Shown here piece after piece: positions 52,496 to 63,350 of a stretch of 64,000 bases of DNA. This stretch comes from Lama glama. Lineage: Eukaryota. Made by a program: the position numbers and the translations under genes. The DNA lies in assembly GCA_028534125.1 (NCBI GenBank), contig CM052818.1, forward strand, positions 40,674,001-40,738,000, written 5' to 3'. Below the pieces are notes generated by a model that was not told where the DNA came from, made no database searches, and saw only the letters and a program-made list of their open reading frames with translations. Position 1 is the first letter of the stretch. Each line of letters begins with the position of its first letter.

Positions 52496-53889
52496 GGGGC
52501 CTGGGTCAATGGCTATGAGCTTGCAGCTCATCTCTGTGGGCTCAGTAGTCAGGTTGGGCTGAGGCAAAAGGTAGAGGAAACCTGAACCCCTCTTGCTCTC
52601 ATCCTAACCTGGAAAGGATTCAAATGTCCTGGCCTTTGCAGATCCCACCCCCTCCTCCAGCAGTGCCGTGGAATAAATCCGAGATGCCTCTGAAAGCTTT
52701 CTCTTGCCGGGCAGTGGGAGAGGTGAAGATGAGCACTGGGAGTGTGCTGACCTCCCACCACCCATATTTTCTACGACACCAAGGACTGTACACCATGATT
52801 CTCCCCTTGCTTCTGGAATCTGTTAGGGTTGAGGGTGGGAAGAATGGGCCAAGTGTCTGACCCTGGGCCTGCCATTCCATTCAGGCCACGATGAGAACTG
52901 CACGTGCTGGAGTCATCACCATCCATGGAGAGAACCCCTTACAGCAATAGATCTGCTGACAGAATTTATGAATCCATCATTAGCTCCTCAGAAACAACGA
53001 GGCTATTTCTTGCCAGCACTCGGGGATGAAGGATGTGCTGTGCATGCTGACAAACATCTTTTACAGTTTATAAATACCATAGCACGTGCTCCCTGCTCCA
53101 ACGGGAATATATCCGGTTTGCCTGCTGCAGACAAGGCACAATTTCATCAGATAATTGCTACTGGAAAAAGAGCTGTTCGTGTGCTTCGTGCATCTGGCCT
53201 TACAGCATCATGGAACTTTTCAACAAAATGTATACTCATGTTGGTAGCTGGCAGGATTCATTTGGAAAGAAAGCCGTGTTAAAATAAAGCTACGCAAAAT
53301 TTCAGGAACTATATTCATTGATTTGATGTTTTTTAATGACACAATAAAGCCCATCATAGATACACATGTAGTTGCTTCTTCTCTTTGTTTTCTGAGAAAA
53401 GGGCCTCGTAACAGCTTCTTATTATGCAGTGTTTGTAGAACATACATGAAGCATTTTTACATCCTCACAACTGTGATCTTGTTCCGTTTTCATGCATTGA
53501 GACACCGAGGCTGAGCGAGCATCCCAATCAAAAAGAAAGAGATCTGGAATGCAAACAAAAGGTATTCTCATTCCAGGTCCAGTGCTCTTTCCCATCTTCA
53601 AATACATTGCATCTCAGTGACATTTCCTGTTCTCCAAAAGCCCTTACAATCCACTTAAAAGTTGCTCCATCATTAAATGTGATTCTTCTGTTTTAGATTT
53701 ATATTTCTTAATTTGAAATTAGCTTCAGGTGTCTTTTCACACAATAATACTTCATCAATTTCTACTGACACCTGTAAATGTCTTGCATTGAAATTGTGTT
53801 TGATTTCATTCATGTACTATAATCAGACAGAAAATATCAGGTCCTGCCTGGGTACCACTTGAGATAAGTCAAAAGAAGACTTGCACTAC

Positions 53890-54100
53890 AATTAACATGG
53901 AAGACCCCTCCTGGAGTGCCTGTTCTATGAAAGGCACTGCACAAGACACTTTGTATTGATCGGCCAATTAAGTCCTTGCACTATCTCTATGTGCAGATGA
54001 GAAGACTTGGACTCAGAGAGGTTAAAGAGCTTGTCTATGATTGCAGACCAAGCTAGGATTCAAACTCAAGCTTGTCTGACACCAAAATCCATGTTCTTAT
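53890..54100 (-). mobile_element. MIR SINE
   Basis: gcagatgagaagacttggactcagagaggttaaagagcttgtc...ggattcaaactcaagcttgtctgacaccaaa. Confidence 0.8.
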
Positions 54101-54187
54101 CCAATGTTCCTTTCTCCTAACCAGTAAGATGCCCTATATTAACATACCATTAAAATGAAGGCTTCTTAACAATGGTATAACTTTTGG

Positions 54188-54668
54188 TGTAGTAGGCTGA
54201 ATATTGGCCCCTGAAGATACCCAGATCCTCATGCCTGGAACCTGGAAATGTTACCTTATGGGGCAAAGGAACTTTACAGTCATGATTAAATTAAAGATCT
54301 TGACATGGGACAATTACCCTGGATTATCTGAGTAGATCCTAAGTGTAATCACAAATCCTTATAAGAGGGAGGCCAAGAGATGTGTGACACAGAAGAGAAG
54401 GCAACATGACCACACTGGCAGAGATTGGAGTGATGAGTCACGAGCTAAGGAATGCAGGCAGCCATCGGAAGCTGGAAGAAGCACAGAATGGATTCCCACT
54501 CCATGTCCGGAGCCTCCAGAAGGAACCAGCCCAGCTAACACCTTAATTTTAGCCCCTCAGACTTGGTTCAAACTTCTGGCCTCCAGAACGATGAGACAAT
54601 GAACTTCTGTTGCTTTAAGCCGCTAAGTTTGTGGTAACTTGTCACAGCAGCCACCGAAACCTAATACT
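54188..54668 (+). mobile_element. MaLR solo LTR (MLT1C/D-like), full length
   Basis: tgtagtaggctgaat...gttaccttatggggcaaagg...ttctggcctccagaac...taagtttgtggtaacttgtcacagcagcc...ctaatac. 5-bp TSD tttgg (54183-54187) / cttgg (54669-54673). Confidence 0.92.
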
Positions 54669-55194
54669 CTTGGGAAAGTTATTTCAGTTCTCTAACTACA
54701 ACACCTACCTTCATTTGGGTGTTAGTCGAATAAATACTTTATCTTCTTCTCTTACCTTCCTGGAAAAAAAAAAAACCAAGTAAAATTTTCAAAACTGGGA
54801 TTCTTTTTAGCAGGAGAAGAGAGCTCAGGATGGAAACTGAAGGGCTCGAAGAACACAGACATTCCTTATTCAGGGGCGGTTGTGGCTGGTTCCACCTTCA
54901 GGGAATGTGAAACAAGGACAAAGGAACTTTGAACTGCTGTCGGCAGCATTTAGGTTAAATGTAAGCTGTAAGGTGCGTTCTCTCAGCCGCTGGAGTTTTT
55001 TTTTTTTTTTTTAACTGAGAAAATAGTTAGGTATCTCAGATAATTTGAAAGTCTAAGCAGAAACCATTTCAATTACTTCTTGAGGCTCCCTGCTTTCCTG
55101 TGACTCTTTAGTGCATGATTTGTAGACGTTCCTACCTGAACCAGGTGGTCAGAGATGCCAGGAAACTGGAAAGTAATGGCTAAGCAATGCCTTC

Positions 55195-55515
55195 TAAGAC
55201 TGGATAGTTGATCGTATTGAGAAATTATTATTGCGTTTTAGTTTTACGAGTGGCATTGCAATTGGATTTAGAAAAAAAGATTATTCTTTAAAAGATACTT
55301 ACTGAAATATTTATGGATTCCATGATACACCTGGTACTTGCTTCAAAATAAACGGGAGAGGAAAGGAAGTGAGTTGGGGAGGAGATGAAATAAGTTTTTT
55401 ATGAGATGGTAGTTGTTGAAGCTGGGTGGTGGCGCCTGTAGGTACGTGACACTGTTCTTGCAACTTTGCATGTGTTTGCAATTTTGTATGTGTTTGCAAT
55501 TTTTCACAATTAAGA
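55195..55515 (+). mobile_element. Ancient L1ME-like 3' UTR with an 18-bp tandem duplication
   Basis: tactgaaatatttatgga...ttgcttcaaaataa...gttgttgaagctgggtg; tgcaactttgcatgtgtt/tgcaattttgtatgtgtt tandem at 55459-55503. Confidence 0.75.
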
Positions 55516-56453
55516 GTAGGTAAGAAGGAAGGAAGGAGGGAGGGAAGGAGGAAGGTTAGGGAGGAGGCTAGGGAGCCGAGGGGAGGGAAGAAGGAATTAT
55601 GATTGTGTCCCCGTCTGAATTTGGTCCCTATGTTGCTTCATGACCTTGGGTGAGTCACTCATTTTCCTTCTTTTTGAACTGGGAAGATGGGCCAGGTGAC
55701 CTCTCCTGTCCCTCTGAGCTGTCGCATTCCATGGCTTTGGGCAGTGCTTTGCCATTCTGGGAGCCTTCTCTTGCTCAGCTCACCCCCTCCTCTCTCCTGG
55801 GTACCTAACACTTTGGCATTCTTCCTGGGAAGGGCAAAGTAAGAGATGCTGAAAATGATGAAAGGTTAAGCCACGGAGTGATTGTCAAGCAAATCAAAAC
55901 AAGGCACCCATTGATGTTCAAGAGCCCTTTCACTTACATCACCCTCTAGTGTTCTGGGGGCCTTCACCCCTCATCGCCACACAAAGGGAAATAAAGGAGT
56001 CTCTTGCAGATGTTTTTTAATAGCCTAAGTTTTAAGGCAAGCCATAACCTGTGCACCAACCACAAGAAATAAAACCTCATTAGTTAGGACTCGACTGATA
56101 GAGAATATGAGAAAAATTAGACAGCAGGTTAAAATCAGCTTTATGCAAATTTACAACGTAAACAAAGTTAAATGGGAACTAGCCAGTTTTTAAAAAGAAA
56201 GTCAACTACGTAAGTATCAGAGGTAGAAAGGAATCTGGTGGTTATTACACACACCTCCAACCTGAGAAGACAAGCTCAGAGAGGGGCTGCCTGGTCTCCT
56301 GGTCACACAGCTAATTAGCCCCAGTGCTGGCACCAAGTCCCCAGGCTTCCCGCTGCCCCACTTCTTCCTTAAACTAGACATACAGATGGGACGAGTCACA
56401 AGTTCTCAAGAACTTGAGAAATACCTTTTTGCTAACACGAAGCAAACTTAACC

Positions 56454-56532
56454 TTAAATTGAGCCATATGGAACCTGCTGTCATTCTAGGTCAAAAATGA
56501 TAGAATAATGGCAATTTCATATGGCACAAATC
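56454..56532. mobile_element. MADE2-like mariner MITE (~80 bp)
   Basis: Imperfect TIRs ttgagccatatg...catatggcacaa flanking taggtcaaaaatg...atggcaatttcatatgg. Confidence 0.8.
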
Positions 56533-58219
56533 ACCCTTTTCTGGATGTTTGGAAAAGCTTCTCCAATAACATCAATCAACCTCTGTAAAATAGAACAGGG
56601 GTCTCAGAGCATGGAAATCCCAAGGCAATGGCCCGCCAAGACCTTGCAGACAGAGACAATACCAAGTGTCCACCAAACTCTAAGTTAAATAGCTATCAAC
56701 ACGCAAGGATGAGCTCAGGCTTGCACAAAAGCAACTATGACCAAATATTTCTGGCAACAAAACAAAACAAACAAAAGCAAGAAGAGCAGCAAAGTTACGA
56801 AGTCTACCTCTATGGGCATCGCTAGACCCCCACATGGAAAAAGTGGGATCAGCGCATCTAAAGGAAGAAGATCCTTTAACTAAAGAGGGGTGGTCGGAAA
56901 AGGCGGGGAAATACAGAAGCCCCAAAGGCAGGGATTAGCTGTGCCTGTGACTGGGACCTGTCCAGGGTCAGTGACGTTTTTTTTCTCAAAGGCCGAAAAG
57001 AACTCACTGGAATCTGAGACGATGCTCCCCAACAGCTCAGGTGTCACCTCCTCCAGGAAGCCTTCCCTCACTCACATACACATTCATAAGTCAGTAGACT
57101 TATCTATTTCCCATCAGCCTAATGGTCCCTGAGAGCAAGGACCATGTCTCATTCTTATATTCCCAGTTCCTATTCTGAGCACACATCCCAGTAAACACAC
57201 AGGTAATGCTGACTGGAGACACAGGGAACTGAAATCCCCCAGAGGAGAAGGACTGGGAGGGAGGAAACCAAGCCTGGTGGGTCCCTGGGTGCTTCAATGG
57301 CCTTCCAAAAAGCCATGAAGAACTGCTGCTGAAGATAAAACAAATCTGAGGAGATGGAGGAAGAGGTCACAGGGTAGGACAAGAAATTTGAAAGAATTAA
57401 ATTATGAAACTCTGGCCCCACCCAAATGAGCCCTGCTGCCTGGGACTGCTCACTCAGAAACGGGCAGCGCCACTTGGGTCAGGTTGCCTGGCTTGCTCCT
57501 CTCCCTCGGTGCTCACACCACTGCCAGCATCCCTGAGCAGCGGGCGTTCAGCACTGACTCAGCTCTTCCCGCGAGAAGGACCTCACTGTCTCAACACGTG
57601 GGAGTGAATGACCGGTGACTTGCGTGCGTCGCGGGAAAGCTGAGAGAGGCAGAAACACAAGAAGGCACTGCAGCTCTTTGTCACTAGAGGCTCAATGATG
57701 CAGCATGAGTTCCAACTAAAAAGTATGGCAGAGACTGAGCCGAGGTTTGAGGGAGAGATTTCCAGCTGGCCAAGCCCAGAGGGAAGGCACCCCCACCACT
57801 GGCAAGCTACCTCCAGGAATTAACACATGATATACAATTCCTTTAGGGCTCCAACCAGAAGAGAAAAAGGATCCTAAAAGAAGGATCTTCTTGAGTACCC
57901 ACCATTGAAGAGACATCCCTGGATTCTTGTAGAAACCCAGGTTTCCCACTGCATCCATCACTCAGGGTCAGGGGAGGACCCTTGGAGCCGGCTCCAGCTT
58001 CAGGGCTCTCTAGAAAACTCTGCTCTGTCAACAAATGCGTCTGCTTTCTGAGTCGGAAGAGGAAAGGTACGTAAGCCAACGTTTCCCCTTTCGTCTCAAG
58101 TACTGGAAAAATCAACATCTGACAGAGTTTGTTGCTCCTCAGATGAGCATTGTCCTCACGTATCCTTAAATCCACTGCTGAGCCCAGCAGAGCAGGGGGC
58201 AGTGGGAGGCAATGTTCCA

Positions 58220-58420
58220 GACACTGGCTCTGAATCTGGCTCTCCAGGTTCTATGCCCAACTCTGTTACTCACTGTGGGAACTGAAGCCACTTTTCCTGT
58301 GAACCTCAGTGTCCTCATCTTAAAATGGACACAGTCATAAAGCCTTGCTGCTAGGATGAGGTAAGGAGTAAATGAGATGGTATAGGTGACGTCCTTACAC
58401 AGTAGCTTATTATTATTAAT
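58220..58420 (+). mobile_element. MIR SINE
   Basis: ctctgttactcactgtg...cctcagtgtcctcatcttaaaatgg...aggagtaaatgagat. Confidence 0.75.
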
Positions 58421-59494
58421 ACATCGTTATTATTACAATCACTGTTACTGTTACTGTTACTACATCAGCAGTCTTCAGTGATTTTATTACTCATCGGGAA
58501 ATCTTCAATAAAACTGGATTCCTTCAAAATTATGCTCATGCCAATATCAAAGGCATTTGAGGGGAAAGAAATATTTTTTTAAAAGGCAGGGGAAGCTCCC
58601 AGATTGAAACGTGACTATAAACCGTGTTCAATTATATCCATCTCAGGAATTAGAGAACAATTAAAAAGAGTGATGAGTCAAAAAGTTACCTTCATCAGCC
58701 AACCCACAGAGAACGTCCTTCTTTCAACAAAATGCATCTACGAGCATAAAAAAATCGGATAATGAATCCTTGTGACTCTTCCATTCAGAAGATCTCCCAG
58801 AAGGAAGCCAGTCTGACAGCACACGTTAGGAGTCGCTGTGTATCTCCAAAATTCAGATTTTTAGCTAAATTCTCTCTGCATGGGATAGAATTGCTGTTTT
58901 ACTGCCCTGGAATGAGTATGTACGCCTCTTCTTTCTTTATGAGGGTTTTCTACGGAAGAGGAGGACATGACTGCCTCTAAGGCTATTTTTAAATGTTGGC
59001 TCATTTCATAGCTGCTGGCGTGGCTTTGCTCAGTGATTCAAGTTTCACTCCTGTGGCCATAATGAGTCACATCTGTGTGTTTGTACAACATTTCTCCTTC
59101 TTCCATTCACTGAAAGCACCTCTGCCTGTGCGCCTGTAGGTTTACTCTGCTCTGCGTAATTTTCAGGTGATGGGATTTTATCTCAGCAGCAGAAATTATA
59201 AAACACAAGATATACACTGGAAACATATCTGTAAAGGCACGTGTTTCATGCACACATGCTGATATGAGTATGTCCTAAACATGTGGGTGCGTAATCGGTT
59301 TACAATGGACAGTGTGGTTTAATCATGAACGTGTTCTACCTCTCTGCCAACCACCACCGAGTGTCCTGAGCAAAAGAACCAGCCCCTTGTGGATGTATAT
59401 TCAAAATTCAGTAACATCCAGAAAGGACTCTTGATGCTCCAAAAAGAGCATCTCCCTCCCAAGCCAATCGTGAACATACCGAAATGTTCTTCCT

Positions 59495-59548
59495 TAACAT
59501 AAAAACATACAACCAAGACATTCTCTGTACTGAATTAGGCAGTTTATT
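59495..59548 (-). terminator. KCNS3: KCNS3 polyadenylation signal and downstream GU-rich element
   Basis: AATAAA on minus at 59548-59543, CA at ~59527-59526, then tgtcttggttgtatgtttttatgtt. Confidence 0.8.
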
Positions 59549-59998
59549 AGGCTCCTAAATTCCATGTCTAGAGCATGAACATGGATTTACATGCATTTTC
59601 TCACTTGTGGATCTTACATGCATGTAGTCTTCAGTCAGCTGGGCCTTTGATTCTACTTGTCGGTAATTTACAATTAGCTCAATGTGAGTAAATGATAAAC
59701 ACAGAATGATACAGAAGCCACAGCAACAAGTCCCATCCAATACCATTTACCTCTTTTTTTTTCCAAAATCGTATTACAACTCTCTCTTGTAAAAAATAAA
59801 TTTCAGAACAAGGCATTTAATTCGCCTCACTGAGAAAAATAAAGACATTTCTATCATTTCAGAGCAATGAAATGTCCGACTATGGCTGAAAAGTACACCC
59901 TGAGAATTAAATGATTTTAACGAACCCATTGAGGTTTATAAAGCTGTGTTAACCTAACATCGGGAAGGGGCACAAGATACAGGCACAAACGTCCCTGC
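59526..59998 (-). other. KCNS3: KCNS3 3' UTR (approximate)
   Basis: Non-repetitive AU-rich sequence between the TGA stop and the poly(A) site. AUUUA pentamers at 59556-59560, 59689-59693, 59797-59801 and 59908-59912. Confidence 0.7.
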
Positions 59999-61474
59999 TC
60001 ATTTTGCTGTGCAGTTCTCCAAGGATGCCATGTTATAAACATCCTCGTTGTCTTCAATGCTTGAAGCATCCGTGGAATCGGGATCGCTCACCACGATTCC
60101 CACAGAAGAGAGACTGGTGATGAAGGCGTGCATCCGCTGGGCATAGATGTCCCTAATGTTAAAGTAAGGGAGCTCATGACACTTCTCTGGTGGGTCCTCG
60201 CTACACTGGTCCACATCAATGTCCTTTTGCTTCTGGTAGTACTTGGAAAACTTGTTGAAGATAATGGTGATCGGAAGGGCCACCACCAAGATGCCACAGA
60301 TGATGCACGAGCTGGCAATAAGCTTCCCGGCCAAGGTGACAGGGTGGGTGTCTCCATAGCCAACGGTCGTCATGCTGATGGTGGCCCACCACCAGCAGAC
60401 GGGGATGCTGGTGAGGCTGGATGAGTGGTCGTCTTTCTCTACAGAGTAGATAAGCACAGAAAAGATGGAGATGCCCACCGACAGGAAGAGGAGCAGCAGC
60501 CCAACTTCGTGGTAGCTGTGCCTCAGTGTGGCCCCGAGGGACCGAAGTCCCACCGAGTGCCGGGCAAGCTTGAGAATTCGGAAAATCCTCATAAGCCTGA
60601 GGATCTGGACCACCTTGCCCATGTTCTCGATGTCCTCGCTCTCTTCCTCCTTGGTGTCCACAGCCAGGGTGGCATAAAAGGGGATAATGGAGACGAAGTC
60701 GATGATGTTCAGAGGATTTTTCCAGAACTTCTTTTGACAGGGAGCAGCAACCAGCCGGACGGCGAGCTCGCCGGTGAACCAGGCGATGCACGCGATCTCC
60801 ACGCCTTCCAGCACGGGGTCATCCACCTCCCCGTCCTCGTTCTGGAACTCCGACATGCTGTGGACACACATGGCTACGATGGAGGCCAGCACCACGCTCA
60901 AGGAGGAGATGGCGATGAGCTTGGCCGACAGGCAGTAGGCCGGGTTTTCCATTCGAATCCAGATCTTCTTCCGGAGCTGACCGAATCGCAGCTTGTCAAA
61001 CTTCTCCAGCTCCTTCTCGAACAGGGTCGACTCTTCAAAGGAGGAGTCGGTGCTCACATCGTTGCTCTTCTGGTCCCAGTCCTTCTCGTGGCTTTCCTCC
61101 TTGCGCTCCTGGTAGCGACTGCTGCAGCAGGAGTCGAGGAAGAGCTCGTTGAGGCCCCAGTACTCGATCTCCTGGCAGAAGGAGAACACGCACAGCTCCT
61201 CCATGACATGCAGCTTCCCTGTGTAATAAAAGTTCAGCACGTATCTGAACAGGGAGGGGTTCCGGTCAAAATAGTACTCTTTGTCCGCCACACTGTAGTC
61301 ATCACACAGCTCCAGGATGGCCTCCTCCGAGTGGCAGGTGAGCAGCTTCCCGAGCCTGGTGTGAGGGAAACGCAGGAGGGTGCTCTGGTCGACGGACTGC
61401 TTAAAGCCCCCCACGTTCAGGTTGACAAGTTCCTCATCTTGTCCGTGGCGATGGAAAAACTCACCAAACACCAT
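59999..61474 (-). CDS. KCNS3: Voltage-gated potassium channel modifier (silent) subunit Kv9.3; complete CDS in one exon
   Basis: 491-aa ORF MVFGEFFHR...LENCTAK. T1/BTB domain (VNLNVGG, LCDDY, YYFDRNP), six TM segments, S4 RLMRIFRILKLARH, pore WWWATISMTTVGYGD (GYG at 60353-60361), S6 ALPIT. Strong Kozak ccaccATGG. Confidence 0.98.
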   Translation of the reverse strand: MVFGEFFHRHGQDEELVNLNVGGFKQSVDQSTLLRFPHTRLGKLLTCHSEEAILELCDDYSVADKEYYFDRNPSLFRYVLNFYYTGKLHVMEELCVFSFCQEIEYWGLNELFLDSCCSSRYQERKEESHEKDWDQKSNDVSTDSSFEESTLFEKELEKFDKLRFGQLRKKIWIRMENPAYCLSAKLIAISSLSVVLASIVAMCVHSMSEFQNEDGEVDDPVLEGVEIACIAWFTGELAVRLVAAPCQKKFWKNPLNIIDFVSIIPFYATLAVDTKEEESEDIENMGKVVQILRLMRIFRILKLARHSVGLRSLGATLRHSYHEVGLLLLFLSVGISIFSVLIYSVEKDDHSSSLTSIPVCWWWATISMTTVGYGDTHPVTLAGKLIASSCIICGILVVALPITIIFNKFSKYYQKQKDIDVDQCSEDPPEKCHELPYFNIRDIYAQRMHAFITSLSSVGIVVSDPDSTDASSIEDNEDVYNMASLENCTAK

Positions 61475-61533
61475 GGTGGATACAGGAGGCTGAGAGCTGG
61501 CTGGGAAGGGAGACGAGGAAGTTCACACTGCGC

Positions 61534-61560
61534 CTGGAAGGAACGCAAGACGGCATTAGC
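61534..61560 (-). promoter_or_regulatory. KCNS3: 3' splice site of the KCNS3 coding exon (exon starts at 61533; 59 nt of 5' UTR before the ATG)
   Basis: Minus strand reads gctaatgccgtcttgcgttccttccag|gcg: CTAAT branch-point motif (A ~61556), pyrimidine-rich tract, then CAG. Sequence 61534-64000 is therefore intronic. Confidence 0.85.
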
Positions 61561-62539
61561 GCTGTCCCCTCTGCCCTGCCAAGCTTATTTTTAATCTGCC
61601 CTTTCCACGAGGATGAATTACATTAAAAGCAAAACGGGAAATGGAATAACAAAAAGAGGACATGATCACATTTTGACTAGAAGAAAATCAACACAAATAG
61701 GTTTTGGGGTTTTGTTTTTTGTGTTTTCCTTATTTTAAAAAAAAATTTGGGTTTATATATCCTTTTTAAAAAAAATACTGTCATAATTTTTATGAACCCC
61801 AATTCCTATTTCTCTATTTTTTAAGCATCCAAAATTATCTCCTACTTTCCCAAAAGCAATGCGTTTGGGATACTTACACAATACAAGCATCTCCAGTCTC
61901 AAGCACGAGGCCTACCCATTTGGAAATGATAGGCTCACTGCTGCCTCGCTTGTAGCTCATCTCTCCTTGTCCCCAGGGCTTGGTCCCACACCCTCAGGAA
62001 CAGCTATCTCCTCTGCTGTGCACCTTGACCGCAACCCACACATAACTAGGGGCTCAGCTCAGCTCTTACAAAAGATGTAGGTTTCCCCTTATGCACCAGT
62101 GTTTCACTCCTTTTAGAGAAAGCCCTGTTTCCTACTTTCAGATGTGGATAATCAAGAGGATATAATTATCTCCCTGTCCTTAAGTACCCTATATCTTGAA
62201 GATATAGTTACACTCCATGGATGGGGTTTCAGGTACATCCACAAGGGAAGAAACTGACTTAGGGAAACCTCTTTAAGTTAATTGCACTATCAGTTTCCTG
62301 ACACAACCACGCTCCTCTGCCACCTCCTCCCTCCCTTCACAGTCTCCCACATACTCCCAATCTATGATACCCAAGACATAGTGGTCCAGCACATATAGGC
62401 CGTTTTAGTCCTAATGCTAACTGAGATGTACCCGAACCATTTCTCAGAGAGAAGATAATAGATTTTTGACCATCACCAATACAATGATGCTTCCTCAGGG
62501 CCAATGATGCAGGTAAAAGAAAGGTGAGACTGTCACATA

Positions 62540-62730
62540 CAGAGTTCCAACTGAGACCTACCAGATGCTTTGTACATATTATGTCATTGAATCCTTCCAA
62601 CACTGTAAGGTAAGTGTATAGGAAAATGGATACTCAGAGCAGTTGAGTACAAGGTCAAGAGAGAAGTAAATGGTAGAGCCACAATTTAAACCCAAGTTGG
62701 AGTAATCCCAAAGCCCATGCTATTTCCACT
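62540..62730 (-). mobile_element. MIR SINE (in KCNS3 intron)
   Basis: tattatgtcattgaatccttccaacactgtaaggtaag...tactcagagcagttgag...ccaaagcccatgct. Confidence 0.75.
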
Positions 62731-62769
62731 ACACACATTCCACCTTCTCCCAATCCCTTCCTACTCTTT

Positions 62770-63350
62770 TCCTTATTATAATCCAATAACCCAATGTGGC
62801 AACTGCTATAATAGAAGTTGAGTCACGCGTCTTTGGGATTGTTGAGAAAAGAGCAGTGATCTCTGTCTGGAGAAGCTTCATAGACGAGGTTGCATTCAGG
62901 TCAAATGTTACAGGTTTAAGCAGAGCTGACCAAAGAGGGAAAAGGACGTCCCAACAGAGGGCATCAAAAGGTAGGCAGAAGTCAGGCTGTAAAGAGACCT
63001 GAGCATCAGTCTAAAGAGTCTGGACTTTATCCTGGAGGTAAGACCACTAAATCATCTCAATCAAAAAGTGAATGTGGATGTATTTGGGACTGTAACTTAG
63101 AAAGACCCCACTGACAACAGGAAGGAAGACTGATGGGGGGAATGGCTGGGCCAAGGAGGGAGGGCTTCAATAGAGCAGGTGAGATGGCCCAAACTCATAC
63201 AGCGGTGGTGTGTATAAAGAGGAAGCGACAAACTCAGGAAGTTTATAAAGTAGAATTGACAGTACTTGGTGACTGATTGGAAAGAAAAGATTTAAAAAAG
63301 GGGAAAGTCAAAGCAAGGATATGTTTTCTACTCTGCCTAAGTGGGTGACA
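62770..63350 (-). mobile_element. L2 fragment (in KCNS3 intron)
   Basis: ggagaagcttcatagacgaggttgca...gagtctggactttatcctg...gtagaattgacagtacttggtgactgattgg. Confidence 0.7.

Noticed and set aside
55938..55953. CTCF-like motif (minus aacactagagggtgat)
   Set aside because: Partial match only; cannot be supported without PWM scoring or ChIP.
60760..60773. Perfect 14-bp palindrome cggcgagctcgccg
   Set aside because: Lies in the CDS and is explained by GC-rich codons; no other support.
60216..60791. 191-aa alternative-frame ORF within KCNS3
   Set aside because: Starts at GTG in the middle of the CDS; composition reflects frame-shifted codon bias.
60425..61594. 389-aa plus-strand ORF antisense to KCNS3
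   Set aside because: Antisense shadow of a GC3-rich CDS; non-ATG start; no recognisable domain.
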